This document shows positions 20,779 to 31,994 of a DNA stretch of 64,000 bases, piece by piece (position 1 is the stretch's first letter; each line of letters begins with the position of its first letter). The translations under genes were made by a program, and so were the position numbers. The DNA is from Obrimoposthia wandeli (taxonomy: Eukaryota). The DNA lies in the NCBI GenBank assembly GCA_977020255.1, contig CDROCS010006408.1:1-64000 (forward strand), written 5' to 3'. The notes below the pieces were generated by a model. The model saw nothing but the letters and a program-made list of their open reading frames with translations, was not told where the DNA came from and did no database searches.

Positions 20779-21129
20779 CTACCAGTAATTATATAAAGCG
20801 ACAGCACTGAGCAAAGTCGGCACGATCATAATGAGTAAACTCCATTTACTACCCAGCAACTTTTGCAGTACTAATATATGCACCATCGGAAAACTGACAA
20901 ACATACACGATAGTGGTAAAGCCCAATGTAAATTCTTAAAGCCGTATGCCATCGCACCGATTAAGGTAACCGCTGCAATATTACCCGCCATTACTACAAA
21001 CAAGGCACCGTTGTTACTGGCAAAAAAACCTTCTCTTTGATCTTTTGGCAATTTATTTAATACACCGGCACTAAGTGCGGTAGACATAGAAGCAAAACCT
21101 GCTACTAAAAAAAGAATCATTGGATCCAC
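20779..21129 (-). CDS. Small hypothetical membrane protein
   Basis: 116 aa, several hydrophobic segments, 4 bp upstream of rmuC. Confidence 0.7.
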   Translation of the reverse strand: MDPMILFLVAGFASMSTALSAGVLNKLPKDQREGFFASNNGALFVVMAGNIAAVTLIGAMAYGFKNLHWALPLSCMFVSFPMVHILVLQKLLGSKWSLLIMIVPTLLSAVALYNYW

Positions 21130-21574
21130 AAATATACCCTCTACTATATTAATAAAAATTGCCCAGCATTACTTTGCAAACATTAATAATGCTGATGGCG
21201 GCCGTATTCTAACATCAAGGTGAATTTTATCTATCTTAAAACCTTGCTAGTGTTGATTGTAACTAATTTTCCTCTCAACACTTGAGCAACCCAATGCTTC
21301 AAGATACACGTTTTTAAATAAAGGCGGCTAGTTATTCCAAATAGCGCTATTTAGAGGCGTGTGAATTGGCCCTGTGAAATATTCGCAGCCGATATCTGTT
21401 TTTGCAAACTAACTTAGTCACTAAGCTTATCTAAGCTCGAGCCACAATACACAAAAAAACTACTATAACCGTTAAGACAATATTTGTAGCTGCACTAGCT
21501 TAATTTATAAAGAAGTATCGTTGAGCAATTTTTAACAATCAAATCTTTAAATAACCCCTAATTATCACTATGAT

Positions 21575-24500
21575 GTGAGCATGACTCAAACAGCGCCTAA
21601 GCGCCCAAATGCTATTGTTAAAAAGCTAAGCTATACCATTTTAGCTACGTGCCTATTAGTGGCGTTCATTTATGCCATTGCTCCATTTCTGATTGAAAAA
21701 ATATTAAAGCAACAACTTGCTCAGCTAGGTTTTGAAAGCCAGACTACCGTTTTACACCCAACCAACAATCGGTTCGAAATTGCTTCGCTACGCTTAAAGA
21801 ATACAGATAAAAAGCTACCTTTTAATCTAGTTTTGCAAGATATCATTATTAACTATGATTTTTTTGAGTTAATTTCACAGCAAAAAATTAGCAATATCAA
21901 AATAGCGAAGCTCAGTGCTAATTTTTTAGAACTTAAAAACCCCGCCAGCTCTAACCCTGAAGCCTCAAAAATACTACTAGAAAGCATCTTACCTGATCAA
22001 TGGTTTGCGCAATTACCCATACAAAAACTGACCATTGATGAAATAGCCATCAGTTGGCAAGTAGACCCTACCTTTAATGCAAAAGTTTCAGGATCACTTA
22101 CCCTAACACCCAAATCATTGCTTACCTCACTGAACTACTTTGAAAACCAACAGCGCTATGTTTCTTTCACAACTCAGTTGAATAGTGACAACTCATTTGA
22201 CCTTAAAGTTTTAGGTGTGGATAAAGGTAATGCAAGCCCAACAAAGCTTAGTTACCACTTTCAAGGCCAGCTAGCACTTAAAAATCAATCAATGCTGTTG
22301 GACATTGCACAAAGCATCAGCTTTGATCAGCTTAAGATACAATCGCAATGGCTAAAAGGTAAGTTAACACCACTGCAGGCGACATTTCTTGCTAGCTCCA
22401 GCGCCAAAATCGATTTACAACACCACTTTAATTTGCCATTAAAAAGCGCTTATTACCCCTTTTCACTTAATAGCTTAAAAACACTTAAGAATCGTAATCA
22501 GTTCTCTATACAATTGAACAACACTTCACCTAATTTACTATTAGCAAATGCAAACCTAAAGTTAGACGCAGTGCAGCTTGTTACCAGTGGTTCAATGACG
22601 TGGGAAGACCTGCAATTAAGCTTGTCGCTAAATTCTGATAGTGAAGTAAAACTACAAAAACTCAGCAGCCAACTAACTAGAACCAACGAATTAGCTTTAA
22701 AATTAGAATCAAACCTACAGGCACAATGGCCATTCAATAAAAATATAAAATGGCAGGAGATAGAGATTAGCCCGGCGAACATCAGTATTACGGCCCTTCC
22801 TTGGCAAACAGAACTTGCCAGTGTTTCACATGCTCCTTTAGTTGTGTCTATCAGTGATATTGATTTAGTCATGCAACAAGCGACAGTTGATTACCGAATC
22901 AGTACGCTAAATTTCACCAGTAAAACTGATACCCAAAGTACTAAAACGACTAAGATTCCCTTTTCTCAGCTTAATACTGATTTAGCAGGCACAGCCACAT
23001 TAAAAGATAATTTCATTAACCTACGCGTTAATAAAGCATCTAAAGTAAACATAAAGAACTTTGCCACCAGCGATTTAAATACAGCACATATAGAAGTTAG
23101 TAATAATAACGATATACGCCTTAGGTATAGCATAAACGATAAAAAAGTTTCACTTAGCAATACCGATATCTCTTTTAATGCAACTCAATGGGAAAGCCTA
23201 TTTGGCAGCATTAGTCATCCACAACTAGCTTTAAAATTCTCTGATATTGATTTTACCACCCACAGCGCAAAACTGGATTTTTCACTTACGGATATCAAGC
23301 TCAACGCTAAACAGCTACCTTTTAAGCAAGCTAAAATAAATGCTCAAGGGACGATAGATTTAAGCCATAACAAAGCTGCTTTGACTATTAACAAAGGCCT
23401 ATCCCTTAAGCTTAAAAGTTTGGCTTTACCGAATGTACGCAGCAATAGCTTAAATTTAAAAACTCTCAGCCCAATCCTCATCACCGCACCTATTACCCCA
23501 GAAAAGCCCATTGCAGATTTGAAAAGCATTAACATAAAGCCGCTTAAAATGGTTTTAAATGGGAGCTCTGTAAAAATAGCTCAACACAGATTGAGTTACC
23601 GCAGCTTAGCAGTTAACTTAAAGAAATTGAGTTTACAACCATTAGCCATTAAAGCTGACACAAGACTCACGCGCCTGAACTTGCAAAAGGATAATTTAAT
23701 AAACGATATTAGTATTAGCAGCCAACATTCTCTGAAAAAGAACAGTTATTACGCTAATACGGCTATCACCAGCAAATCATTGAGATTAGCTATTAATGCT
23801 AAAATAACAGCAGGCCAAAAGTTTAGAAAAGTTAATGCTAGCTGGCAGCTCAAACCAATTGATTTAACAAAATATACTCAGCAAAACATCAAAGATGTAC
23901 TACCCTCTTGGCCAGATGATTTACACTTCACGGCAGGCACTTATCAACAAAGCGGTAAATTATCGAAAACAGCTAAAAAAATAACCGCGCAAGTTAACCA
24001 TCAGCTAAATGATTTATTCTTAATAAAAGATAAAACCATTATTAGTAATTTCAATTCAAAAAGCCAAAGCAGTTATAAAGATAACAAGTTATCTCAAATA
24101 GGAAGCTTGCAAATAGATGCCATTGATAATGGCATTGCCATCACCAATATTAGCACTAAATTCAAACGCTATAACTTACTACAAGATAGCCGCTCACTGC
24201 ACTTAACTGATAGCAAAGCCCAAGTGAAGCGCGCAACGGCCAGTGTTAAAAAACTGCTACCTCATTCAAGAATTAATACACCACAAGGCAAAGCCACCTT
24301 GAGGTTTAAAATATTTACCACTAAATAATGTTTAGCATTAGAGAGCCAACCCAGCCTTACAGGTAGTGGTATTTTGCAAGGCAAGCTACCTTTTCGTTTT
24401 TCTGGAAATAAATTTTGGGTTAATCAAGGTACTATCAACAGTACTAAAAATGGTTTTATTCGTTACCAAGCTAACGAGAGTATTAAAACTTATGCTAAAT

Positions 24501-24763
24501 CCAATAGCGGTTTAGAAACTGCTCTGAATGTATTAGACAATTTCCACTATGATAATCTTTCAATAAACGTCAATTACACACCTGATGGTAAGCTGCTATT
24601 AGCCAATAAACTATCTGGAAATAACCCCAGTTGGCAACAAGGACAACCCATAAAATTTGCTATTAACGTAGAAGAAAACGTCTTACAACTATTGAAAACA
24701 TTGCAGTTTAGCGACCAGTTAACAGAAAAATTACAAAACAAAATTCAAGAATCAACACAGTAA
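21575..24763 (+). pseudogene. ydbH: YdbH-family intermembrane lipid-transport protein, interrupted by frameshift(s) at ~24300-24335
   Basis: 917 aa ORF plus ORF 24374..24763 (GKLPF..G.I..T..G.IRY..ALNVLDNFHY..L..NYTPDGKL); LALESQPSLTGSGILQGKLP is read in a shifted frame; followed by ynbE/ydbL-like genes. Confidence 0.7.
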
Positions 24764-24889
24764 CAGGAACTAGTATTACCTCTAGTGATCTTAAGCTGTC
24801 ATTGACCCATACTGAGCAATTAAGCTACCCTTTAGGAAAATCACCTATAGCAACTTATCTTGCTCTTAAGACAACAGACTTCAACCTAG

Positions 24890-25048
24890 CAGTCTGTCGG
24901 GCTTGGCCGATCGTAGTGAGAACAAGTAGATTTTGGATAGATTTCTTGGCCTTTTGTGGCGAATAGCGAGCTATTTAACGAGAAAAAGTAGAAAATATGG
25001 CTAAATTCTGATTTTTCGCAGTAGATTAGTGTTAAGTCCGACAGGCTG
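24890..25048. mobile_element. MITE family B (159 bp), IS5/IS1182-like ends
   Basis: IRs CAGTCTGTCGGGCTT / AAGTCCGACAGGCTG; CTAG duplicated at 24886-89 and 25049-52; no ORF. Confidence 0.75.
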
Positions 25049-25159
25049 CTAGACATAACTTATGCAAGATAGCCACTTTAAGTACGGGCCATGCATAGTT
25101 GTTATAAGCTAACGATTACATAAGCTTAGTAAAACACTAAGCTTCACCAGGAGAGTTTT

Positions 25160-25378
25160 ATGTTTGACCTACAAAGCACTATGAGGCAATTGAGCTTTAA
25201 TAGATGCATTTTTTTAGGCTGCTGCTTGGCGATCGCGGCGTGCTCGCCTACTATTGCCATCGAAACACCTAAAGAACCGATTACTATCAACCTTAATGTT
25301 AAAATTGAACATAAAATTTTAATCAAAGTCGACAAGCAAATTGACGACCTATTCAGCGAAAAAAGTGACCTTTTCTAG
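25160..25378 (+). CDS. ynbE: YnbE-family lipoprotein
   Basis: Lipobox LAIAAC then SPTIAIETPKEPITINLNVKIEH.I.IKVDK..DDLF. Confidence 0.88.
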   Translation: MFDLQSTMRQLSFNRCIFLGCCLAIAACSPTIAIETPKEPITINLNVKIEHKILIKVDKQIDDLFSEKSDLF

Positions 25379-25388
25379 GAGGAACAGC

Positions 25389-25748
25389 ATGATAAATTTA
25401 TTGAATACCACCAAAGCAATTTTTGCCACCGCGATAGCAACAACATTACTGCTACTTTCTTTCAGCACTGCAAGCTTTGCCCTATCTATGGATCAAGCAA
25501 AAGCACAAGGCTTAATTGGCGAAACCAACTCAGGCTATTTAGCCAGTACCAAAGCCAACCCTAGCGCTGCGGTTAAAGCTGTTATTAGCTCAATCAATAA
25601 TCAGCGTAAAGTAGCTTTTACTAGTAAAGCTACTAAAGCGGGTGTTAGTGTTACTGTAATGGCTAAAAGAGTGGCTCAGCGCTTATTTGAAAAAGCAGCG
25701 AAAGGCGCCTATTTACGCGACGCTAGCGGACAATGGTTTAAAAAATAA
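25389..25748 (+). CDS. ydbL: YdbL-family (DUF1318) protein
   Basis: Signal peptide, AKAQGLIGE..SGYL, INNQRK, A.KG.YL....G.W.KK; AGGAGG RBS. Confidence 0.85.
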   Translation: MINLLNTTKAIFATAIATTLLLLSFSTASFALSMDQAKAQGLIGETNSGYLASTKANPSAAVKAVISSINNQRKVAFTSKATKAGVSVTVMAKRVAQRLFEKAAKGAYLRDASGQWFKK

Positions 25749-25977
25749 GTTTTATAACTTAATGCTCTTCTATTAATGGTAGCAGTTAACGAAGTTAGCT
25801 TGATCACCACTAGATATCGATGCCAGCAACAACTAAGCACTTTCATCTAGTGGTGTACCTTTCAATCATTCTACCGCCCCCTACGATCTTGATAAGGCTT
25901 GATATCAATAAGCCAAGCAACTCAGCAAGATAGCCAAGCACTGCCTTAACCGCCTATTCTAAAAATTTCACCCACTA

Positions 25978-26985
25978 TTATAAACGCACGCCTATTTTAC
26001 CAAAATGACCACCACTGCCTTGATAATCAATCGCTTCTGATAGTTGTGTAAAGTCAAATACTCTATGGATAATAGGTTTCATTTTATGCACTTGCATTGC
26101 TTGTAACATACGCTGGTACATAGCTTTTGAACCCACCTCTACTCCTTTAATATTAACTGCATTGTACATAATTTCTGCAGTATCCACGGCTCCTTCAACC
26201 ACACCTTGAATAGCCCCTATTTGCGCGATAACACCTCCTGTACGAATGCATTTCAATGACTGATTTAGATGACTGCCACCGACTACTTCGGCAATAAAGT
26301 GCACCCCTTCGCCTGCGGTAATCTCCCGTACTTTATCTACCCAGTTAAGCTCTGTTTTATAGTTAACTAGATGATGAGCACCCAGCTGCTTCACTTGATG
26401 GAGCTTCTCATCACTACTTGAAGTTACAATCACTTCACACCCCATCATCAGTGCAAACTGCATTGCGAATAGAGACACGCCTCCTGTTCCTAATATTAAA
26501 ACGCTATCACCCGGCTTTAGTTGAGTTTGCTCTACAACAGCATTCCACGCAGTCAAACCTGCACAAGGCAGCGTCGCGGCTTCTTGATAGCTTAAATAAT
26601 CAGGTATTTTTATAACCGCATGACAATTAAAGACTACATACTCAGCTGCTACGCCATCAGTACTAGGTCCACCTGGAGATCCTTGCAATTTTAAGGGTGT
26701 CATATCACCATCTTGCCAGTTGGGCACAATCAAACTTGTGACACGGTCGCCAATAGTTAGATTACTTACCTCAGACCCTACCTCGATAATTTCTCCTGCC
26801 CCATCTGCAACTGGCACCCGCCCTGCTTCTGTCATCTTCCAACGGGTTATGCCATTAACCACTAAATAATCACGATGATTAATGGCCAGTGCATGCATTT
26901 TTACTAATACATCATTAGGCCCACATTTAGGTACTTCCTGCTCTAATAGGTGTACCTGATTATCTTGAATTTGATACATTTTCAT
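25978..26985 (-). CDS. MDR-superfamily NAD(P)-dependent oxidoreductase (zinc-type ADH-like)
   Basis: VPVADGAGEI, AATLPCAGLTAWNA, VLILGTGGVSLFA, GHFGKI. Confidence 0.88.
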   Translation of the reverse strand: MKMYQIQDNQVHLLEQEVPKCGPNDVLVKMHALAINHRDYLVVNGITRWKMTEAGRVPVADGAGEIIEVGSEVSNLTIGDRVTSLIVPNWQDGDMTPLKLQGSPGGPSTDGVAAEYVVFNCHAVIKIPDYLSYQEAATLPCAGLTAWNAVVEQTQLKPGDSVLILGTGGVSLFAMQFALMMGCEVIVTSSSDEKLHQVKQLGAHHLVNYKTELNWVDKVREITAGEGVHFIAEVVGGSHLNQSLKCIRTGGVIAQIGAIQGVVEGAVDTAEIMYNAVNIKGVEVGSKAMYQRMLQAMQVHKMKPIIHRVFDFTQLSEAIDYQGSGGHFGKIGVRL

Positions 26986-27261
26986 ATTGTTTCTCTATAG
27001 TTGTTCTTCATATAAGTTGCGCTATACAGCACTGATATTCTTAACTTCAACAATCATCAGATCATGGTTAGCCAATTCAGCATAATCAAACCTGGGTTAT
27101 CGTTAAGGCTTATTAAGAGACATACTACTCTTTCTTAATTTAATGATAATCGTATAATATGGCGATACTTTATGTCCTATAAAGACATAATATTGAATAG
27201 ATACATTTAGCGATATACTTCATGCGGATAATGAGCAAAGCAGGACAAAGGGGCAGTCAAA

Positions 27262-28257
27262 ATGGCAGTGCAAGGGGAACGTAAAACAATAATAAGCGAG
27301 CAAAAATTGACACCCGCAGCAGTAAGTCACAAACTCGATCATATTCATCTAATGCGGTTATTTATTTTAGTGGTGCAACACGCTTCTTTTTCTAAAGCAG
27401 CCAATCAGCTAAGCATTACTGCGACTAAAGCTTCTAAGGATATTCGTCATTTAGAACAGTCGTTGCAAACAACGTTATTAAATAGAACAACACGATCTGT
27501 AACTATGACTGATTCTGGCATAATATTTTACAACAGTGCCTTACAGATTTTAGAAATACATCAAAAAATGCTAGATAGTATGCAAAGTTTAAAATGCAAC
27601 CTAAGCGGTGAACTACGCATTAGCGCACCTAGCTTATGGGGGAAAATTGTTTTAACACCGATCATTCTAGCATTTAAACAACTCTACCCCGAAGTGGCTT
27701 TAATTGCCCAATACTCAAATCAGTTAGTTGATATTAAAAAAGAAAACATACACATCGCTTTTCGCAGCACCCTGCTATCAGATGAGCCATATATCGCGCG
27801 TTTTATACAACAAGATAACTACTCACTGTGTGCTAGTCGTGGCTATTTACAACAACACAGCACCATAAACACTCCCGAACACTTAGATCATCATCAATTT
27901 ATAACGCTGGCAAATTACACTTCAAACTCAGAACATTTAATATTCCAAGGGCCTGAGGGGGACATTCACAAGCACATTAAGGGCGAGCTATCTTTTAGTA
28001 ATAAGGAGGATATCTATAAGGCGGTGAAGGAAGATTTTGGCATTGCTGTTCTACCTAGTTATCTCATTTCATCCGATATTAAAAGCGGCAAGCTTGTGAG
28101 CTTACTCGAGCACTATCCACTGAAAAGCTTTAAATTTTATGCACTATTTACGCAAAAACGCAGTGATTCAGCATTGCTTAACACTTTCGTCGATTTCGTT
28201 ATCACGCAAATCACCTCAAACAAAAATACTAATCACACCAGCACTAAAAATAGTTAA
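27262..28257 (+). CDS. LysR-family regulator divergent from the oxidoreductase
   Basis: SFSKAANQL..T....SK.IRHLEQSL.TTLLNRTTRSV, GELRISAP. Confidence 0.9.
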   Translation: MAVQGERKTIISEQKLTPAAVSHKLDHIHLMRLFILVVQHASFSKAANQLSITATKASKDIRHLEQSLQTTLLNRTTRSVTMTDSGIIFYNSALQILEIHQKMLDSMQSLKCNLSGELRISAPSLWGKIVLTPIILAFKQLYPEVALIAQYSNQLVDIKKENIHIAFRSTLLSDEPYIARFIQQDNYSLCASRGYLQQHSTINTPEHLDHHQFITLANYTSNSEHLIFQGPEGDIHKHIKGELSFSNKEDIYKAVKEDFGIAVLPSYLISSDIKSGKLVSLLEHYPLKSFKFYALFTQKRSDSALLNTFVDFVITQITSNKNTNHTSTKNS

Positions 28258-28511
28258 GCTTGCATGATAAATAAATTGATAGGGACTGATGAATTCGACC
28301 TTCACAGGAAAAGCCACTCGCTCGTTTTAAATTGTGCAGGCTGTGAACATTGCATTACAAGCACGAGAGTAATACCATTGCGCCGAATTTGTATTTTACA
28401 TAGAAATTCATTTTAGCGGCTTTTAGACCGCTAAAGAAAATAGTAAATTAATGGTGCTTCCACATAGGCTACGCCAGAATGACAACAATTAATAACGACT
28501 AAAGGCTTTGC

Positions 28512-29048
28512 ATGAAGTGGGATATATCTAAAGAGTTTGATTTTTGTTACGGACATAGAGTGTGGTCTCAAGAGTTAAATATTGAGTTTGCCTTAGATGA
28601 TTGCCTAGCTTGTCGACATTTACACGGACATCAAGGAAAAGTAATTGTGCACTTAGAGGCACCATCCCTAAAAAACGGCATGGTGACGGATTTTAAACAC
28701 CTAAATTGGTTCAAAGCTTTTTTAGATAGTACTTTAGATCACAAATTTATCTTAGATATTAATGACCCACTTTTTAGCACTTTACTGCCGCACTACCAAG
28801 ATAAACAAAACCTAATCCGCGCTGAGCAAGGATACTTCACTCCTGATTTAAGTGTTATTAAAGCAGAACCTATCCATATACAAGAAATGTATCAAGGCTT
28901 TATTATTGTTGATTATGTACCTACCAGTGAAAACCTTTCAGCCTGGTTACTTGGTATTGTGCAGCAAAAAATGGCGAAAATTGACGTCGCGGTATCACAC
29001 TTAGAATTTTTAGAAACGCCTAAAAGCAAAAGTACTGTGTATGCTTGA
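28512..29048 (+). CDS. queD: 6-carboxy-5,6,7,8-tetrahydropterin synthase (QueD-type)
   Basis: CYGHRVW, C-x3-HGH motif (CRHLHGH), GMVTDFKHL, LDHKF, PTSENL, ETPKS. Confidence 0.85.
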   Translation: MKWDISKEFDFCYGHRVWSQELNIEFALDDCLACRHLHGHQGKVIVHLEAPSLKNGMVTDFKHLNWFKAFLDSTLDHKFILDINDPLFSTLLPHYQDKQNLIRAEQGYFTPDLSVIKAEPIHIQEMYQGFIIVDYVPTSENLSAWLLGIVQQKMAKIDVAVSHLEFLETPKSKSTVYA

Positions 29049-29796
29049 TATTAGTGAAATTTTTGGCCCTACTATTCAAGGTGAAGGCAAGCGAGTTGGC
29101 CGCGCTTCAATTTTTATTCGCTTCGCCAGATGTAACTTAAGCTGTGCAGGCTTTGGTGTTGAATACTTAAACCAAGCCGGTGAGAAGAAGCAAGGCTGTG
29201 ATACCTATTATGCGGTAGACCCCTGCTTTAAACAGCAATGGAGAAAGATAACACCGCTACAAATTATCGAAGAAGTCACTCAACTAAGTAGCAAGCTAAC
29301 CTATCCAATCGATATTGTCATCACCGGTGGTGAGCCATTATTGTTTTGGAAAAGGAACGAGTTCCAGCAATTATTACAGCATTTCACCGCTGGAAAACAC
29401 ACCATCACCATTGAGACAAATGCTTCGTTAGATATGCAGTTTACCAAGCCTTATCAGCATGAAATCGTTTTTTCGATGAGTGTAAAGCTTGCCAACTCAG
29501 CAGAACCTGAGAAAAAAAGAATCAACATTACGACTATTAAGAGCATTTTAGATAATACTGTTAATAGCTACTTAAAGTTTGTTGTTGATAAAGCCACTGC
29601 AGATCAAAGTCTTACTGAGATTCAACAAATCACTGCGCAACTACCCACTGTAGATGTCTATTTAATGCCTAAGGGCGATACCGTCGCAAGCCTTAATGAA
29701 AATGATCAAGCCGTAATAGACATATGCGTAAAACACAATTACATTTATTCGGATCGCACTCATATTAGAGTGTGGAATGACGAAAGAGGTGTTTAA
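29041..29796 (+). CDS. queE: 7-carboxy-7-deazaguanine synthase (radical SAM)
   Basis: EIFGPTIQGEG..VGR.SIFIRF..CNL.C ... CDTYYA, VITGGEPLL, IETN, R.HIRVW. Confidence 0.88.
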   Translation: MLDISEIFGPTIQGEGKRVGRASIFIRFARCNLSCAGFGVEYLNQAGEKKQGCDTYYAVDPCFKQQWRKITPLQIIEEVTQLSSKLTYPIDIVITGGEPLLFWKRNEFQQLLQHFTAGKHTITIETNASLDMQFTKPYQHEIVFSMSVKLANSAEPEKKRINITTIKSILDNTVNSYLKFVVDKATADQSLTEIQQITAQLPTVDVYLMPKGDTVASLNENDQAVIDICVKHNYIYSDRTHIRVWNDERGV

Positions 29797-29963
29797 GATG
29801 GCACGGCTGGTAGCTCTAAGTTCTACTAAATTTTAGCTACAAGCTACAAGCGCATCATTTAACTATATTATCCCGCTGTATACAGTGCTTTATTTTAGAG
29901 AAGCTAAACAACTTTTTAAGTGCTATTTTTCAAAATAGCATTATTAATATTAGTGGTTATATC

Positions 29964-30791
29964 ATGAGCAAAAAAGCGATTATTTTCACCATTGATGGCG
30001 TAAGAGCAGATGCCATCCAATTAGCCAACACACCTTATTTAGATAGCAAATTGCTTACTGGCGCCAGCTCGTTTAACGGCCGGTGCATAATGCCTTCTAT
30101 TACAACGCCGAATCACGCTTCATTATTTCGTTCGCAAAGCGCTGAACAGCATGGAATCTTTGATAACTATGATTTAGCTACACAAGATAATACTCATTTA
30201 TCACTGTTCGACAAAATTTATGACAGTGGCAAATTATGCGCGGCTGTTATTTCGTACCTCCCTCTCATGAATGCGTATGGTCACTGCGAGAAACTAAACT
30301 TCGCCTTGCACTCAAATATAAGCATAGGCGTTGAACACAAAATCCCCGATAATTATTACGCCTTACTAGAGCAACATTTAGTAAAAGGTGCCAAGCTAAT
30401 TATTGATAATAACGTTGATCTTGCCCACGTTTACATTGAAGCGCCCGACGTGGTTGGCCATAACAAAGGCTGGATGAGTGATCACTACATTGAATCGATT
30501 GAACAAAGTGATCGCCTGATCGCAAGCTTTATCGAACAACTGGGAGAGAGTGCTAAAGACTGTACTTTTTTTGTAACAACTGACCATGGTGGTCATGGCC
30601 ATGATCACGGCACTGATTGTGTAGAAGATATGACAATATGGTTCATCAGTTTTGGTGACTCTATTAAACAGATGAACATCGATAGTTTTTCAATTCTTGA
30701 TGTAGCGCCAACCATCGCCCACTATTTGGGAGTTGAGCCAGAAACACACTGGCAGGGAAAACCTTTAGACATTTATTCTTTCGAACGCTAG
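29964..30791 (+). CDS. Alkaline-phosphatase-superfamily (phosphodiesterase/NPP-like) metalloenzyme
   Basis: IDGVRAD, PSITTPNHASL (Thr nucleophile position), PDVVGH..GW, TTDHGG. Confidence 0.8.
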   Translation: MSKKAIIFTIDGVRADAIQLANTPYLDSKLLTGASSFNGRCIMPSITTPNHASLFRSQSAEQHGIFDNYDLATQDNTHLSLFDKIYDSGKLCAAVISYLPLMNAYGHCEKLNFALHSNISIGVEHKIPDNYYALLEQHLVKGAKLIIDNNVDLAHVYIEAPDVVGHNKGWMSDHYIESIEQSDRLIASFIEQLGESAKDCTFFVTTDHGGHGHDHGTDCVEDMTIWFISFGDSIKQMNIDSFSILDVAPTIAHYLGVEPETHWQGKPLDIYSFER

Positions 30792-30918
30792 TTTATATCC
30801 CAGTACCTAATTTCCAAAAATATTGATGCAACTAGATCAAAGGCTGCTGCCACTGATACTGTTAATTCGAGCAGCAACTTTAAAGTAACGCACTGTTACT
30901 GTTTAACAAGGATCTAGC

Positions 30919-31824
30919 ATGACCTATGCAGCAATCATCCTAATATTATTTTCTACTGTGCTACACGCTACCTGGAATATGTTTAGCCGAAAGTTTAGGG
31001 CCTCTAGCAGCTCTTTTTGTATCGGCGGCTTATCGGTATGCCTGTTGCTACTACCTCTCAATATTTACTATTTTGATGCATTGCCTAATATAGATAACCA
31101 AAGTTTAAGCATTGTTACTTTGAGTAGCGTATTTCAAGCGCTGTATTTTTACGGTGTGGTTAACGCTTACAAATATGGTAATTTATCGCTGGCTTATCCT
31201 TTGTTAAGATCAATTCCTATCCTAATAGTGCTTTCCTATGCCATTATTTTCGGTGACTCTAAAAGCATTTCAATCGAACTCGTAGCCGGCGGAGTATTAA
31301 TAATCATTGGGTGCATTTTTTTACCTATGCGCCATTTAAAAGATTTTTCAGTGGTAAACTATGCCAATAAAATGATTCTTTTTGTATTGCTTGCAGCACT
31401 AGGTACCGCTGGGTATTCCATACTTGATAGTATGGGCATGCAAACATTAGCAGCCGCTTCACCAGAGAGTCATCTATTTCTGGTATCTGCTACTTATATT
31501 TACTTACAAATACTATTTACCAGCTTGATGCTAGGTGTGATTTCGATTGCCAGCAACCAAGGTAGGCAAGAATTTATTGATGTATTGAAATCAAAAAAAG
31601 CTTTTTCGTTTGCAATCAGTACCATGACCATGCTGTCTTACGCCCCTATTTTAGTGGCGATGAGCTTAGTCACCAATGTCACTTATGTAGTTGCATTTCG
31701 ACAAGCCAGTATCCCAATAGCATTTTTATTCGGCATTATTTTCCTTAAGGAAGCTAGCTATAACATTAGATGGATAGCTGTTATGTTCATTATTATAGGG
31801 TTAGTTACCAGCGCGTTATTTTAG
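30919..31824 (+). CDS. EamA/DMT-family transporter
   Basis: About 10 TM segments, HATWN, YKYGNLSLAYPLLRS, VVAFRQASI, LKE. Confidence 0.85.
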   Translation: MTYAAIILILFSTVLHATWNMFSRKFRASSSSFCIGGLSVCLLLLPLNIYYFDALPNIDNQSLSIVTLSSVFQALYFYGVVNAYKYGNLSLAYPLLRSIPILIVLSYAIIFGDSKSISIELVAGGVLIIIGCIFLPMRHLKDFSVVNYANKMILFVLLAALGTAGYSILDSMGMQTLAAASPESHLFLVSATYIYLQILFTSLMLGVISIASNQGRQEFIDVLKSKKAFSFAISTMTMLSYAPILVAMSLVTNVTYVVAFRQASIPIAFLFGIIFLKEASYNIRWIAVMFIIIGLVTSALF

Positions 31825-31994
31825 AAATTTTAGAGAATAGTCATCCCTAACTCAGTTTAACCGCTATTTATAACTGCATTTAAAAACAGCAAGATGACCT
31901 TAGGTGCGCTTGCGATACTAGACTAAACTTCCCCTTGTTGCTTCTGGCTCGAAACGCAAAGCCAGTCAATTCATCCGCCTAAATTCTGCACACG

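Noticed and set aside
25805-25855. 11 bp inverted repeat CACCACTAGAT / ATCTAGTGGTG between convergent genes
   Set aside because: Long spacer, single copy, no T-tail or target duplication; at most a 3' UTR stem
28260-28511. preQ1 riboswitch upstream of queD
   Set aside because: No AGAGGTTCTAG-type hairpin with an A-rich tail seen
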